Shown here: positions 37,090 to 49,376 of the stretch, one piece after another
Position numbering within the stretch: the stretch's first letter is position 1
Layout of the letters: each line of letters starts with the position of its first letter
NCBI GenBank assembly: GCA_038087875.1
Contig: CM075997.1
Location: forward strand, 3,598,001-3,662,000
Reading direction: 5' to 3'
DNA length: 64,000 nt
Source: Malacoraja senta
Taxonomy: Eukaryota
Program-made: the position numbers and the translations under genes
The notes under the pieces: model-generated
Seen by the model: the letters and a program-made list of their open reading frames with translations, nothing else
What the model was told of the DNA's origin: nothing
The model's database searches: none

Positions 37090-37673
37090 AGTCACTTACC
37101 TCGACGGAGATGCGATTTTTCTCCGTGTCGCATCTTCGTCCCCCCCTGCGCCTACAACATGGAGTGGTGCGGCCTTTCCTGGAGACCGGCCCAGAGCTTC
37201 AAGCCGCGGGTGTGGCGCGGACTTGCCATCGTGGAGCCTGGGATCTTTTGCCGAGGATCGCCAGTATTGGAGCTCCGACCGCGGGGCCTGTGGACTTTAA
37301 CACCGTGAAGCCGAGGTCTCTGGTAAGAAGCGGCCGACTTGGGAGCTCCATGCCGCGGAGTGTTCCAATCTGTCCCGATGCCGGAGTTTTGATCATCCCG
37401 ACGAGAGGGCTTAAACATCAGACCGTCGGCAACGGCCCCGTTCAAAGGCCCCGACCACGGGTGAACAAAGGAGGAAGATGACTGAACTTTATTGCCTTCC
37501 ATCACAGTGAGGAATGTTGATTCCACTGTGGTGGATGTTTATGCTAAACTTTATTTTATGTGCTGTGTGTATTTTTGCTTTTTTACTTAATATGGCTGCA
37601 TGGTAACTCAAATTTCACTGTACCTTAATTGGTACGTGACAATTAAATTGAATCTTGAATCTTAAATCTTGAA
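37090..37673 (+). mobile_element. Unclassified non-coding retroposon with a Rex-like 3' tail
   Basis: CpG-rich body; ends CACTGTACC...GTGACAATTAAA followed by (TTGAATC)n. Confidence 0.55.
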
Positions 37674-38587
37674 TGTCTCTGAGGCATGAAGGAGTAGAAG
37701 GGAGTCAAAGACTGGATTGATATATAGTGGAGTACAGTTAGGTTAATAAACAAAATTGATAAGTACACAAAGTGAACAAATGTGTTCAAAGGTTGCCAAG
37801 AATTAAAAAAAAGTGAGGGCATCAGGTCATGGTGCTACCCGTGATGAGATTTTAACCACAGCAGGTTTGTAGGACAGAAGCCAGTTTGCAAAGAATGCAA
37901 AAGGGAGAACTGGACAGGTAATTTGGATAAAATGAAGCATCATTACTACAGCTATCCCTCCTTTGGTTTGCTAATTCATAACATGCCAAATATGTAACCA
38001 GTGATATATAGAGTGTGTTGGAAGGAACTGCAGATGCTGGTTTACACCGAAGATAGACACAAAAAGCTTTAGTAACTCAGCCGGTCAGGCAGCATCTCTG
38101 GAGAAAAGGAATAGGTGACGTTTTGGGTTGAGACCCAGACTCTCAGTCCTTTTCTCCAGAGATGTTGCCTGACCCGCTGAGTTGCTCTAGCATTTTGTGT
38201 CTATTTTCTGTGGCATATAAAGTCAAGAACTGCCCATCTTTCATTTCCAGGCTAAATGTCAACAAATAGCTGGAGAATACTCCCATGTTTTCATAATATG
38301 ACAACAAATGTAACCTGTTGCCTTCTTATGGTACTATGCAAATATTATTAAAGACATCCCCCAGTGTTATTTTTGCACTCTAATGTTTCCCTCTCATTCA
38401 AACAATAATAATCTGAATTAATATCAGATACCTGCAAAATTGAAACGCTAAACCGACAGGTTTCCTTGCAAGTCATCAAACTGTTCCTTTAATATGGGAG
38501 GGTGTGTACATGTAGTGAATGTAGATTTAATTGTAATTAACTAGAAGGTTATGCTGCTATGAAGGGGTGACGCTTAACAGCTTCATT

Positions 38588-38645
38588 AGTATTTGTGTCT
38601 GGTTAAATATTGAATTGTAATTATATTTAACCAGACACAAATACT
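38588..38645. repeat. Perfect 23-bp inverted repeat with a 12-nt spacer
   Basis: agtatttgtgtctggttaaatat / atatttaaccagacacaaatact. Confidence 0.92.
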
Positions 38646-39030
38646 GATTTACTCTACTCGAGAGCAGATTGGTTTGCAATAATTAGATTAAACAATATGG
38701 CAATTCTAAATCCACAGATGGTGGCAGCAGTCTCTTCAATATTAATATTTTTATTAATATGCAATTGATGCTGACTGTTTTGGATTTTCTTTTAAATTTT
38801 AATCAATTTTCTCTGGTCTCTTCATGATTAATTTTTCTCTCGTCCTCTGCGTGATGTTTCTGAGTCTGGCAGCTCGAGGCACTGAATGTGGTCCGATCCC
38901 TGCCTAATGTGGCTGTTCGTTCTGTCGTAGACCTCATCATGTAAAACCCGGCCCCGTTCTTACCACCCATGTCTGGCAAACATTTTTATGAGGGGTTTGA
39001 GAAGCACATTAGTGTAGCCTGATTTGCTGC

Positions 39031-39100
39031 TTGTTACTGACACCAATATTCCTATTTGTTACTGACACCAATATTTCTATTTGTTACTGACAACAATACT
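39031..39100 (+). repeat. 25-bp tandem repeat, ~3 copies
   Basis: ttgttactgacaccaatattyctat repeated. Confidence 0.9.
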
Positions 39101-39203
39101 GTCTGAAAGGATAGACCGTGAATCAAATGTTAATATGGTCTAGCCATCTGTAACAGTTAATTAATCTGTATAATACGAATATTGTTTCTTTCCATTCCTA
39201 TAG

Positions 39204-39360
39204 GATGTGTCTTGCCTGAACAGGGACCCTTCCAAAGTTATTATTGTAGATTGTAAAAAAGAAGCTTTCAGTCTCCAACCATTCAACGGCATCGCACTAA
39301 GGAAATGGGATGGAAATTCTGATGACCGAACCCTATATGAACTTGCAGCATTCCTGAAAA
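39204..39360 (+). CDS. TIMM50: TIMM50 exon (157 nt): [52 protein letters not shown]
   Basis: TAG acceptor, GTAAGT donor, phase-1 end; Tim50/FCP1-like motifs. Confidence 0.97.
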
Positions 39361-40170
39361 GTAAGTTCCCATCTGCCTGCTGTCTCGTGACGTGTTTTGT
39401 TCTCTGGATCCCAAAGAGCGAGATTCCGTCAAGGGCATTGTGACACTAATTAAAATTGCGTGGGTTACCTTATTTTGTAACTCTAAATCTTAACCCCTCC
39501 CCAAACCGTGGCTGGCCTCCCTCTCTCTGGTTGAACAAATATGAGCTTAAAGTTTCCATAATAAAGGCTGCAACTGGTACCTTAACAGTTAATCATAGGA
39601 AAGCTCCAAGAGGCATATGTGCCCAAGACCTTTGGGTCAATTATGACAATCTGGTTATTTGTCCTTTGTGTTTTATTAATGTATTTTTTTCCTCCTCTTT
39701 TCACTATTGATGTAGATTAACTCATTCACCATGCACTGCCATTGTGATGCCACTTACTACAGCTCATGTTGCTGCGAACAGCTGCAGTGATGCCATCTGG
39801 CATCTTCCAAGGACCAAGGTCCATGGGGGAACAATGCCAAATGGTTCCTTTTAGTTATGAACAAGTTAAATATTTGTTGTGCCTTTGAATGAACTGAGGT
39901 TAGAAGGTCACAGAGGCTAAAGAGAAGCTGTGACACTAGGTTTGAAAAGGACTCGGAGCATGTTTAAAATTGCATTGTGAGGGCCTACATTATATTGTTA
40001 AATTTAATATCAGGAAGCTTAACTGCACCGTTACGCCCTTTTCTATCAAACTATTGCCTTTATTGAAAAATGTACCATTGGACGTAACCCTGTGTTGTGA
40101 ACGATCTTGATGGCCTTGCATCAAAAGCCTCCTAAGAAGCCATTCACAAAAAGTATCAGAACTAAATGTG

Positions 40171-40270
40171 GGTAGACAAAAATTCTGGAGAAACTCAGCG
40201 GGTGAGGCAGCATCTATGGAGCGAAGGAAATAGGCAACGTTTCGGGTCGAGACCCTTCTTCAGACTCTTC
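40171..40270 (-). mobile_element. Penelope-like terminal fragment with an intact hammerhead-like core
   Basis: Minus strand reads CTGAAGAA GGGT CTCG ACCC GAAAC GTT; TSD aactaaatgtg (40160-40170, 40271-40281). Confidence 0.75.
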
Positions 40271-41025
40271 AACTAAATGTGTGTCGTTTGCTGCAATTAT
40301 CCACGTTGATGATGCCCTTGGGCAGATTAATCTCCATTTTATAGATGCAGGTAATACCCATCTCTGGTGAAATGTGTAAGAAGGAACTGCAGATGCTGGT
40401 TTAAACCGAAGATAGACACAAAATGCTGGAGTAACTCAGCGGGACAGGCAGCATCTCTGGAGAGAAGGAATGCGTGACGTTTTGGGTCAAGACCCTTCTG
40501 CCTGTCATTTGCAGCCACAACCAGCATGGTTAATCCATTTTTGAGATTAAATTAACAACATCCGTACAGTCGGGTTTGTTCCAGAGAAAAGAGGCTTTAG
40601 AGAAAGGTGGCAGAGCTGGTTGGCAAGGCAATGTACTTTCCTGTCAGTTGCCAAGGTGTTTGGCACTCACAAAGACCTTACGACTCCTGAAGTGGATTTG
40701 CATTGGGAAAGCAGCTGGCAGTTTGTCACAACTCTGGCCACCTGGATTTGATCTTGCTGTGCTGTCTGTATGAAGTTTGCTCATTCTCCCTGTTACTGCA
40801 TAGGTTTCCTGGGGAACACTGCGTGTCCTCCCACTTGCCAAAGGTGTGAGGGTTGATGGAGCAATTGGTATTGTAACTTGCTTCCGGTGTAGGTGGGCTG
40901 ATAGCAGAATAGGAATGTGGGCGAGGGAGAGTGTGGACTTCAGAGAACAAGTGGAGAAATGAGATTCATGCCGATGAATGTTTGATGATCATCACAGATG
41001 CAGTGGGCTGAATGCCTGTTTCTAA

Positions 41026-41229
41026 AGGGCCTGTCCCACTTACGTGATTTTTTTGGCAACTTGCCGGCCCCCGTCATAGTCGCAGCAGGTCGCTGAAAAT
41101 TTTAAAAATGTTGAAAACCCAGGGGCGACCAGAAAACGGTACGACTCTTTGGGCGACTACTCACGACCATACAGGCGTCACGTGTCGACGGGTACCGGCA
41201 AGTCACCGAAAAAATCGCGTAAGTGGGAC
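41026..41229. mobile_element. PIF/Harbinger-type MITE (subfamily E), right TIR clipped
   Basis: taa|agggcctgtcccacttacg ... cgtaagtgggac. Confidence 0.78.
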
Positions 41230-41862
41230 TGTGAAAAGCTTTTATTGCATGCTAACCAGTCAACGGAAAGACAATGCATGATTACAATCGAGGCATCCAC
41301 AGATGTACAGGTGCATAAGAAAGGGAATAATGTGAATAATGTTTAGTGCAAGAATCAACAAACTATTCTTTGCAGTTCTCCCAGCCTCAAACAGGTTGCC
41401 GCTCTCACCTATTAAACCAGGACCAGGAAACAATGAGCTGCTATGGAATACCTACGAGTGCGGCTTTAAAACAAAAATGCCTGTGGTCTGGTACAGGAAT
41501 TTGTATTGGAATGTTCTTGTGAAATGTGGCTTACTAGATGTGGAAGAGCAACCCCTGACTGAAACATTCTTTTAAAGTAGTATGCCCAGTGGAGATGTAA
41601 ATTTCTGCTTGGATTTCATTAATTACTGCAAGAGGAATCTAAAGTTTCACTTTGAATTTAATATGAGGCCTGGCTCCAGTCTGTTAACAATCCAAGACCT
41701 TCGTGCAATTATCAGACTGTGAACGCTCTTCTCACCGTTCCTTGGTAACTCACCAAACTTTGGAACTTTATTTAACAATCACAGTAATGTTGGAGAAAAG
41801 AAATTAAACTTATGTAGCTAGCACCTTGATGGCTTAGCATGTAAAGGCAAAATTTACAATTA

Positions 41863-43084
41863 CAGTGCCTTCCATAATGTTTAGGACAAAGACCCATCAT
41901 TTATTTATTTGCCTCTGCACTCCACAATTTGAGATTTGTAATAGAAAAAATCACACGTGGTTAAAGTGCACTGTCAGATTTTATTAAAGGCCATTTTTAT
42001 ACATTTTGGTTTCACCATGTAGAAATTACAGCTGTGTTTATACATAGTCCCCCCATTTCAGGGCACCATAATGTTTGGGACACATGGCTTCACAAGTGTT
42101 TGTAATTGCTCAGGTGTGTTTAAATGCCGCCTTAATGCAGGTATAAGAGAGTTCTCAGCACCTAGTCTTTCCTCCAGTCTTTCCATCACCTTTGGAAACT
42201 TTTATTGCTGTTTATCAACATGAGGACCAAAGTTGTGCCAATGAAAGTCAAAGAAGCCATTATGAGACTGAAAAATAAGAATAAGATATCAGAGTGATGG
42301 CAAGAGCAAAGTATGGAGGAGAGGAACTGCCCAAGATCCAAAGCATTCCACCTCATCTGTGAAACACGGTGGTGGGGGTGTTATGGCCTGGGCATGTATG
42401 GCTGCTGAAGGTACTGGCTCACTTATCTTCATTGATGATACCACTGCCGATGGTAGTAGCATAATGAATTCTGAAGTGTATAGACACATCCTATCTGCTC
42501 AAGTTCAAACAAATGCCTCAACTCATTGGCTGGTGGTTCATTGTACAGCAAGACAATGATCCCAAACATACTGCTAAAGCAACAAAGGGGTTTTTCAAAG
42601 CTAAAACATGGTCAATTCTTGAGTGGCCAAGTCAATCACTCGATCTGAACCCAATTGAGCATGCCTTTTATATGCTGAAGAGAAAACTGAAGGGGACTAG
42701 CCCCCATAAGCTAAAGATGGCTGCAATACAGGCCTGGCAGAGCATCACCAGAGAAGACACCCAGTAACTGGTGATGTCCATGAATTGCAGACTTCAAGCA
42801 GCCACTGCATGCAAAGAATATGCAACAAAATACTAAACATGACTACTTTCATTTACATGACATTGCTGTGTCCCAAACATTATGGTGCTCTGAAATGGGG
42901 GGATAATGTATAAACACTGCTGTAATTTCTACATGGTGAAACCAAAATGTATAAAAATGGCTTTTATTAAAATCTGACAACTTTAACCACATGTGATTTG
43001 CTCGATTACAAATCTCAAATTGTGGCGTACAGAAGCAAATAAATAAATGATGGGTCTTTATCCCAAACATTATGGAGGGTACTG
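41863..43084 (+). mobile_element. Tc1 (DD34E) transposon, internally deleted, with long IR/DR-type TIRs
   Basis: ta|CAGTGCCTTCC start, GGAGGGTACTG end, ~220-bp TIRs; KHGGG.VM.W, QQDNDPKH and DLNPIEH motifs with 34 residues between D and E. Confidence 0.93.
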
Positions 43085-43498
43085 TGCGTGTTACCATTCA
43101 TGTCATGTCTCAAAATGGTTCACAGCCAAAGAATTACGCTTATGATCTAACTACTATTATTATGTCAGCACAGATCAATTAATGGGTGTCACAATGGTGC
43201 AACTAGTGATGGGCGGCACTGTGGTGCAACTTAGTCGAGCTGTTGCTTCATAACTCCAGTGATCTGGGTTCAGGTCTGACTTCCAGTGCCATCTCTGTGG
43301 AGTTTCCAGCTCTCCCTGTGACATTGTGAGTGCTCCAGGCACCTCGCACATGCCAAGCACGTAGAAATTGTGGACTGATTGGCCATTGCATTTTGCACCT
43401 CGTGTGTAGGTGAGCGGCAGAATCTGGAGGAAATAGATGGGAATGCAAATAGAATAAAAATGGAGAAGGAACTGCAGATGCTGGTTTAAACCGAAGAT

Positions 43499-43677
43499 CA
43501 ATGGCGGACTGGCCAGGGTGTCAGCTTGCCCGATGGCAAGGGGGCCCCTGATGAAGTGAGCCCCCTCTATCAAGTGGGCCCCTGATGAAGTGAGCCCCCT
43601 CTATCAAGTGGGCCCCTGATGAAGTGGGCCCCCTTTGTCTCCTGGCAACCAATATTTTTAGACCCAGTCCGCCACTG
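43499..43677. mobile_element. hAT-type MITE with an internal 34-bp tandem repeat, inserted in a Penelope-like repeat
   Basis: TIR caatggcggactgg/ccagtccgccactg; perfect 8-bp TSD ccgaagat. Confidence 0.88.
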
Positions 43678-44244
43678 CCGAAGATAGACACAAAATGCTG
43701 GAGTAACTCAGCAGGACAGGCCGCATCTCTGGAGAGAAGGAATGGGTGACGTTTCAGGTCAAGACCCTTCTTCAGGTCTCGACCCAAAACGTCACCCATT
43801 TCTTCTCTCCAGAGATGCTCCCTGTCCCGCTGAGCTACTCCAGCATTTTGAGTCTATTTTTAGTGTAAAAATGGGATTTGTGTAAATGAGTGCATCATGG
43901 TCGATGCAGACTCGTAATGTTAAAGTCTCTTTCTATGCTGTACGGCTCCATAATTGTGACAAATTTGTGCACATTAATATCCCCCCAAAAAAGTAATATG
44001 AGAAATTACTTGTTGATTGCTTTTTGGTTGAGAACAAAATGTTGGCCTAGACAATAATATAAAATTTTACTCTTGTTCAAGAAGTGTCTCGATTTTTTTG
44101 CCGTCACCTGAACAGGCAGGAAGACAATGCAGCAATCCCCACCTACTACATTGAAGTTTCACCCCAGATTGTTTGAAGTCCTGGAGTATGCTTAAATTTA
44201 ACAATTTATTATTTAGAGCTGAGAATTACCATGTATTATCCATG

Positions 44245-44338
44245 GTCTGAAGAAGGGTTTCGGCCCGAAACGTTGCCTATTTCCTTCGCTCCGTAGATGC
44301 TGCTGCACCCGCTGAGTTTCTCCAGCACTTTTGTCTAG
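44245..44338 (+). mobile_element. Penelope-like terminal fragment beginning at the hammerhead-like core
   Basis: CTGAAGAA GGGT TTCG GCCC GAAAC GTT; 15-bp TSD catgtattatMcatg (44230-44244, 44339-44353). Confidence 0.78.
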
Positions 44339-45665
44339 CATGTATTATACATGTGAGTCAGAAAGTGGGACACACGTTACCTGCGTTCGGCATCATTAAC
44401 AAACTGCAGTCGACCAATTTAAATTAGACGAGGGAGTTGAAAAATAATGCTGATTAGCCACTTCTGATCGCTAAATAATATCTATGTGTTTGTGGGAAGA
44501 AAACAGGATTGGACTCTAATCCCATATTCTCCATCCTCAAATACTCTGCTGTAATTTAATGTCTTAGTCGGTCCACACGTGAAAGTTGTTTAGCTCCTGC
44601 GTGATAATTACCCTCCAATACTCTGTATTGGCAGAAATCTAAATGTCTTTGCCACATTGCAGCTTTAATTTGCAATGGATAGGTAGGTGATGCTTTTCTT
44701 TAAACTTTCATGCAGGAAATGTACATTATTGATGGTAGATACACTGGTCTCAGTTGTGTTTAGTGTCATTGCTTTCAGTTGGATTAAATTGGTGTCTGGT
44801 GTCCAATTTAAAGATGTGGATTTTAAACAAAAAGTTTGAAACAATAATCAATAGCTCGCCCTCAATAAAAATGATGAGACCGAATCATGGCACTCCTAAA
44901 ACGCAAACGTTTATAAAAATGGACATTCATAAGAATAAGGAGTAAGCCATTTAGAACAGAGACGAGGAAACACTTTTTCTCACAGAGAGTGGTGAGTCTG
45001 TGGAATTCTCTGCCTCAGAGGGCGGTGGAGGCAGGTTCTCTGGATGCTTTCAAGAGAGAGCTAGATAGAGCTCTTAAAAATAGCGGAGTCAGGGGATATG
45101 GGGAGAAGGCGGGAACGGGGTACTGATTGGGGATGATCAGCCATGATCACATTGAATGGGTCGAAGGGCCAAATGGCCTACTCCTGCACCTATTGTCTAT
45201 TGCCAATCCCAAATACCTTCTGTAGTGGAATATATAAGAGCTACTCTGGAACCATGTGCAAAGCTAAGCAAACTTGTTTACACTTAAAATGGGGGGAAAT
45301 GTGGGAGTGCTATGCAGCTGTAGGTTTTGTGAAGGAAAGACAAAGACATTTCTTTCATGCGGTCCGGCAACCTTCATGCACTGACCTCATCAATTTGCAG
45401 AAACCTCTGCAAACACTATGGGCCTATCCTTTCCTGTCTAGACATGCATTTACTCCCGTGATGCACAATGCCTCCGGCCACGTTATTGTTCCAGTTGTCC
45501 CAGCACAGGAAGATCTCCATGTTGACTATTCCTATACCTGCATTTACTTGTAGCATTATCTGGATATGTGAGGTTCCAGAGATTGTCTGGTACAAGCTTT
45601 TGTAAGAATCATTAACCAGCTCTTAACACACCAGCTACATCTCAGACGTCAAGTCATAGTCAGCA

Positions 45666-46385
45666 AGTTTAGTTTAGTTTAGCGATACAGCATGGAAACA
45701 GGCCCTTCGGCCCACCAAGTCTGCAGCAACCAACGATCAACACTACCCCACACACATACCATGGACAATTTTTTACATTTATACCAAGCCAATTAACCTA
45801 CAAACCTATACGTCTGGAGTGTGGGAGGAAACATAGAAAAATAGGTGCTGGAGTAGGCCATTCGGTCCTTTGAGCCAGCACCGCCATTTAATATGATCAT
45901 TGCTGATCATCTAAAATCAGTACCTCGTTCCTGCTTTTTCCCCATATCCCTTAATTCCTTTAGCCCTAAGAGCTAAATCTAACTCTCTCTTGAAAACATC
46001 CAGTGAATTGGCCTCCACAGCCTACTTTGGCAGATAATTCCACAGATTCACAACTCTCTGGATGAAGAAGTTTTTCCTCATCTCGGTCCTAAATGGCCTA
46101 CCCTTATTCTTAAACTGTGACCCCTGGTTCTGAACTCCCCTAACATCGGGAACATTTCTCTTGTGTGGGACCTTGTCAAAGGCTTTTTGAAAGTCCAGAT
46201 ACACCACATCCACTGGCTCTCCTTTATCCATTCTACTTGTTACATCCTCAAAACAGTCCAGAAGATTAGTCAACCATGATTTCCCCTTCATAAATCCATG
46301 CTGACTTTGACAGATCCTGTCACTGCTGTCCAAAAATCTCAGAGAAAACCCACGCAAGTCACGGAGAGAACGTACAAACTCTGTA
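45666..46385 (-). mobile_element. HE1-like SINE interrupted by an internally deleted CR1 (~45830-46333)
   Basis: CR1 RT motifs SQHGFMKGKS.LTNLL, VDVVYLDFQKAFDKVPH fused to the 3' end. Confidence 0.82.
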
Positions 46386-46564
46386 CTGATAATATTTGGA
46401 CGAAGAATTTACCCAGAAATATATTGTTCACTAAAATCCAGTTGAATCCAATTTAGCTAATTAATGCCCAATTGACCTACTCTCAATAACCAGCAGAGAG
46501 ATGTAAGCTGTTTAACAGCAATAATCTACAGTCACCTACAGTCATTTTGGATTCCTCCAGGATC

Positions 46565-47190
46565 AAACTTCAAGTTCAAGGGAGTTTATTGTCATGTGTC
46601 CCAGATAAGACAATGAAATTCTTGCTTTCCTTCAGCACAAAAGAATATTGTAGGCATAAATAAATACAGAACAGATCAGTGTGTCCATATACCATTGTAT
46701 ATATTAAAGTTCAGAGTTTTGTTTGAGTTGTGTTTAATAGTCTGATGGCTGTGGGGAAGCAGCTGTTCCTGAACCTGGATGTTGCAGATTTCAGGCTCCT
46801 GTACCTTCTACCTGAAGGCAGCGGAGAGATGAGTGTGTGGCCAGGATGGTGTGGGTCCTTGATGATGCTGCCAGCCTCTTTGAGGCAGCGACTGTGGTAG
46901 ATCCCGTCGATGATGGACTGGGCAGTGGTCACAACTTTTTGCAGTCTTTTCCGCTCCTGGGTGCACAAGTTGCCGAACCAAGCCACGATGCAACCGGTCA
47001 GCATGCTCTCTACTGTGCACCTGTAGACGTTCGAGAGAGCCTCCTCGACATACCGACTCTCCGTATCTTCTCAGGAAGTAGAGGCGCTGATGTGCTTTCT
47101 TTATAATTGCATCAGTGTTCTGGGACCAGGAGAGATCTTCGGAAATATGCACGCCCAGGAATTTGAAGCTCTTGACCCTTTCCACCGTCG
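46565..47190 (-). mobile_element. Rex-Babar-like LINE 3' fragment
   Basis: FKFLGVHISEDLSWS, KKAHQRLYFLR, IIKDPHHPGH; GACAATAAA plus (CTTGAA)n tail. Confidence 0.87.
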
Positions 47191-47726
47191 AAGAATCAAA
47201 ATCCCGAGGAGAGGTGGGAGTATATGCCAGGAATGTCATATATGTTTACGTCAGGACCGTATTTGAATTCAGTCTGAAGAAGGGTACCGACCCGAAATGT
47301 CACCTATCCTTTTCCTCCAGAGATACTGCCGGACCCGCTGAGTTACTTCAGCACTTTGTGTCTATCTTTGCAGGAGTTCACTGTACATTAATCGCTTCTA
47401 TGAATGCCACATTGACTTTGCAGTATGTACCAGACACTAAATACCCTGTATTTAGTATCTCCTCCTCTTCCTTTCTTTTTCCCGTCCCCTGACATCAGTC
47501 TGAAGAAGGGTCTCGACCCTAAACGTCGCCTATTCCTTCTGTCCATAAATGCTGTCTCACCTGCTGAGTTTTTCCAGCATTTTTTGTCTACTAAATACCC
47601 TTCAGTTATTCACCTCTGCTACTCAAATTAGCACTGCTAATACACATGAGCTCAGCCACCAAGGACTTGGAAACACCACCATCTACATATTTTTTCTACT
47701 TTATAGCCCCCATGCTCATTTGGAAA

Positions 47727-47809
47727 TATTCTACGTACTTACCATGAGTTTGATTTTTTTTTAAATTCGGGAGAGCTCTTGGGTAAACTTGTATAGTGGG
47801 ACAGCCCCT
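47727..47809. mobile_element. One end of a PIF/Harbinger-type MITE (subfamily A)
   Basis: ...agtgggacagcccct|taa; the other end is missing. Confidence 0.75.
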
Positions 47810-48708
47810 TAACTGTCAAAGTCATGGAGCATGAAAACAGGCCCCTCGGCCCAATTCGTCCATGCCGACCAAGATGGCCCATGTTAGCTAGGCTCATTTG
47901 GCCGCGTTCCTCTAAATGCGACAAGAAGTTGTGCAGCTTGAGCAATGATTCCAAAGTAGACTCTAATCGCAGATTGAGAACTTGCTAAAGATTTTTAATG
48001 CAGTAACACAAACGGTACTGAAGGAACGCAGCTGACGTGACAATGTATGAACATCCCAAAGGGGTTTAATTGCTTCTTCACACAATGCCACCAAAACTGG
48101 TAATGCAGCCTGCTATATATGTATTCTTGCTGTGTGCAAATTAGTGGGTTTGTCTACCTGCATAACAGGAATGACTACAGCCAAGAAACTTTTCACTTAT
48201 TTCACCTTAGGATATATGTGGGACAAATAGCACCATATAAATAGAAGATATTTTGTTCTTGTGTTTCTCTTCATCCTGCACGTTGTCATCATCAATATGT
48301 TCCAGCCTAGTACATCTTACTTGCTTGTTTGAAACTGGCTATCACTTGGATGAGTTTGAGAGCAGGCATCCGAAGGAGTTTAAGAAGGAACTGCAGATGC
48401 TGGAAAATCGAAGGTAGACAAAAGTGCTGGAGAAACTCAGCGGGTGCAGCAGCATCTATGGAGCGAAGGAAATAGGCTACGTTTCAGGCCGAAACCCTTC
48501 TTCAAGGAGTTTCCCTGTTTCAACCCCATATTAGTTAAATTTGTGCTAGTTAGATCAGGAATGTCGTAGTCTATGAGACCTAACATCTAGCTCATGTGTA
48601 TTTTCCCACTGATCCATCAAAGGCGCTCAAAATGAGTTTTACAAATGTTATAGTGAAATGTTCTAATTGTATAATGGATTTCACTTCACTGATGGTTTTG
48701 CATTGCAG

Positions 48709-48815
48709 CAATTGCAGTGAGTGGAGTTGAAGATGTCAGATCCGTGCTGGAGAACTATGCTCTTGAAGACGATCCAATTGAAGCGTTTAAAAAAAGGCAA
48801 GAACTACTAGCACAG
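48709..48815 (+). CDS. TIMM50: TIMM50 exon (107 nt): (T)[35 protein letters not shown]
   Basis: ttgcAG acceptor, GTAAG donor; frame continues from the phase-1 exon ending at 39360. Confidence 0.96.
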
Positions 48816-48934
48816 GTAAGAGATCAGCTGCCCCTGACAGTAAATCATCCTACTTAAATGTTACAATGAAAAGTGAACAACGTTTTTAATATTAATAATG
48901 TTTCTCACAATTTTATGACTAGCAATCTGATATA

Positions 48935-49222
48935 GTCGCAGCGGTAGAGTTGCTGCCTCACGGCGCCAGAGACCCGGGTTCGATCCCGACTATGGGTGCT
49001 GTCTGTACCGAGTTTATATGTTCTTCCTGTGACCGTGTGGGTTTCCTCCAGGTGCTCCGGTTTCCTCCCACATTCCAACGACATGCAGATTTGTAGGTTA
49101 ATTGGCTTCTGTAAATTGTCCCTTGTGTGCGTGATACAACTAGTGTACGAGTGGTTGCTGGTCAGTGCGGACTCGGTGGGCCGAAGGGCCTGTTTCCCCG
49201 CTGTATCTCTAAACTAAACTAA
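48935..49222 (+). mobile_element. HE1-like SINE
   Basis: GGTTCGATCC B box, core and (TAAAC)n tail. Confidence 0.87.
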
Positions 49223-49376
49223 ATCACCCTTCTGTTATCAATCACTTGTGTCACTCCAGGTGGAATCATAAAGACAGGAACGGGGTACTGATTGTGGATG
49301 ATCAGCCATGATCATGTTGAATGGTGGTGCCGGCTCAAAGGGCCGAATGGCCTACTTCTGCACCTATTGTCTATTG

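Noticed and set aside
43548..43625. Repeated CTGATGA as hammerhead cores
   Set aside because: No downstream stem II plus GAAA; they are part of the hAT MITE tandem repeat
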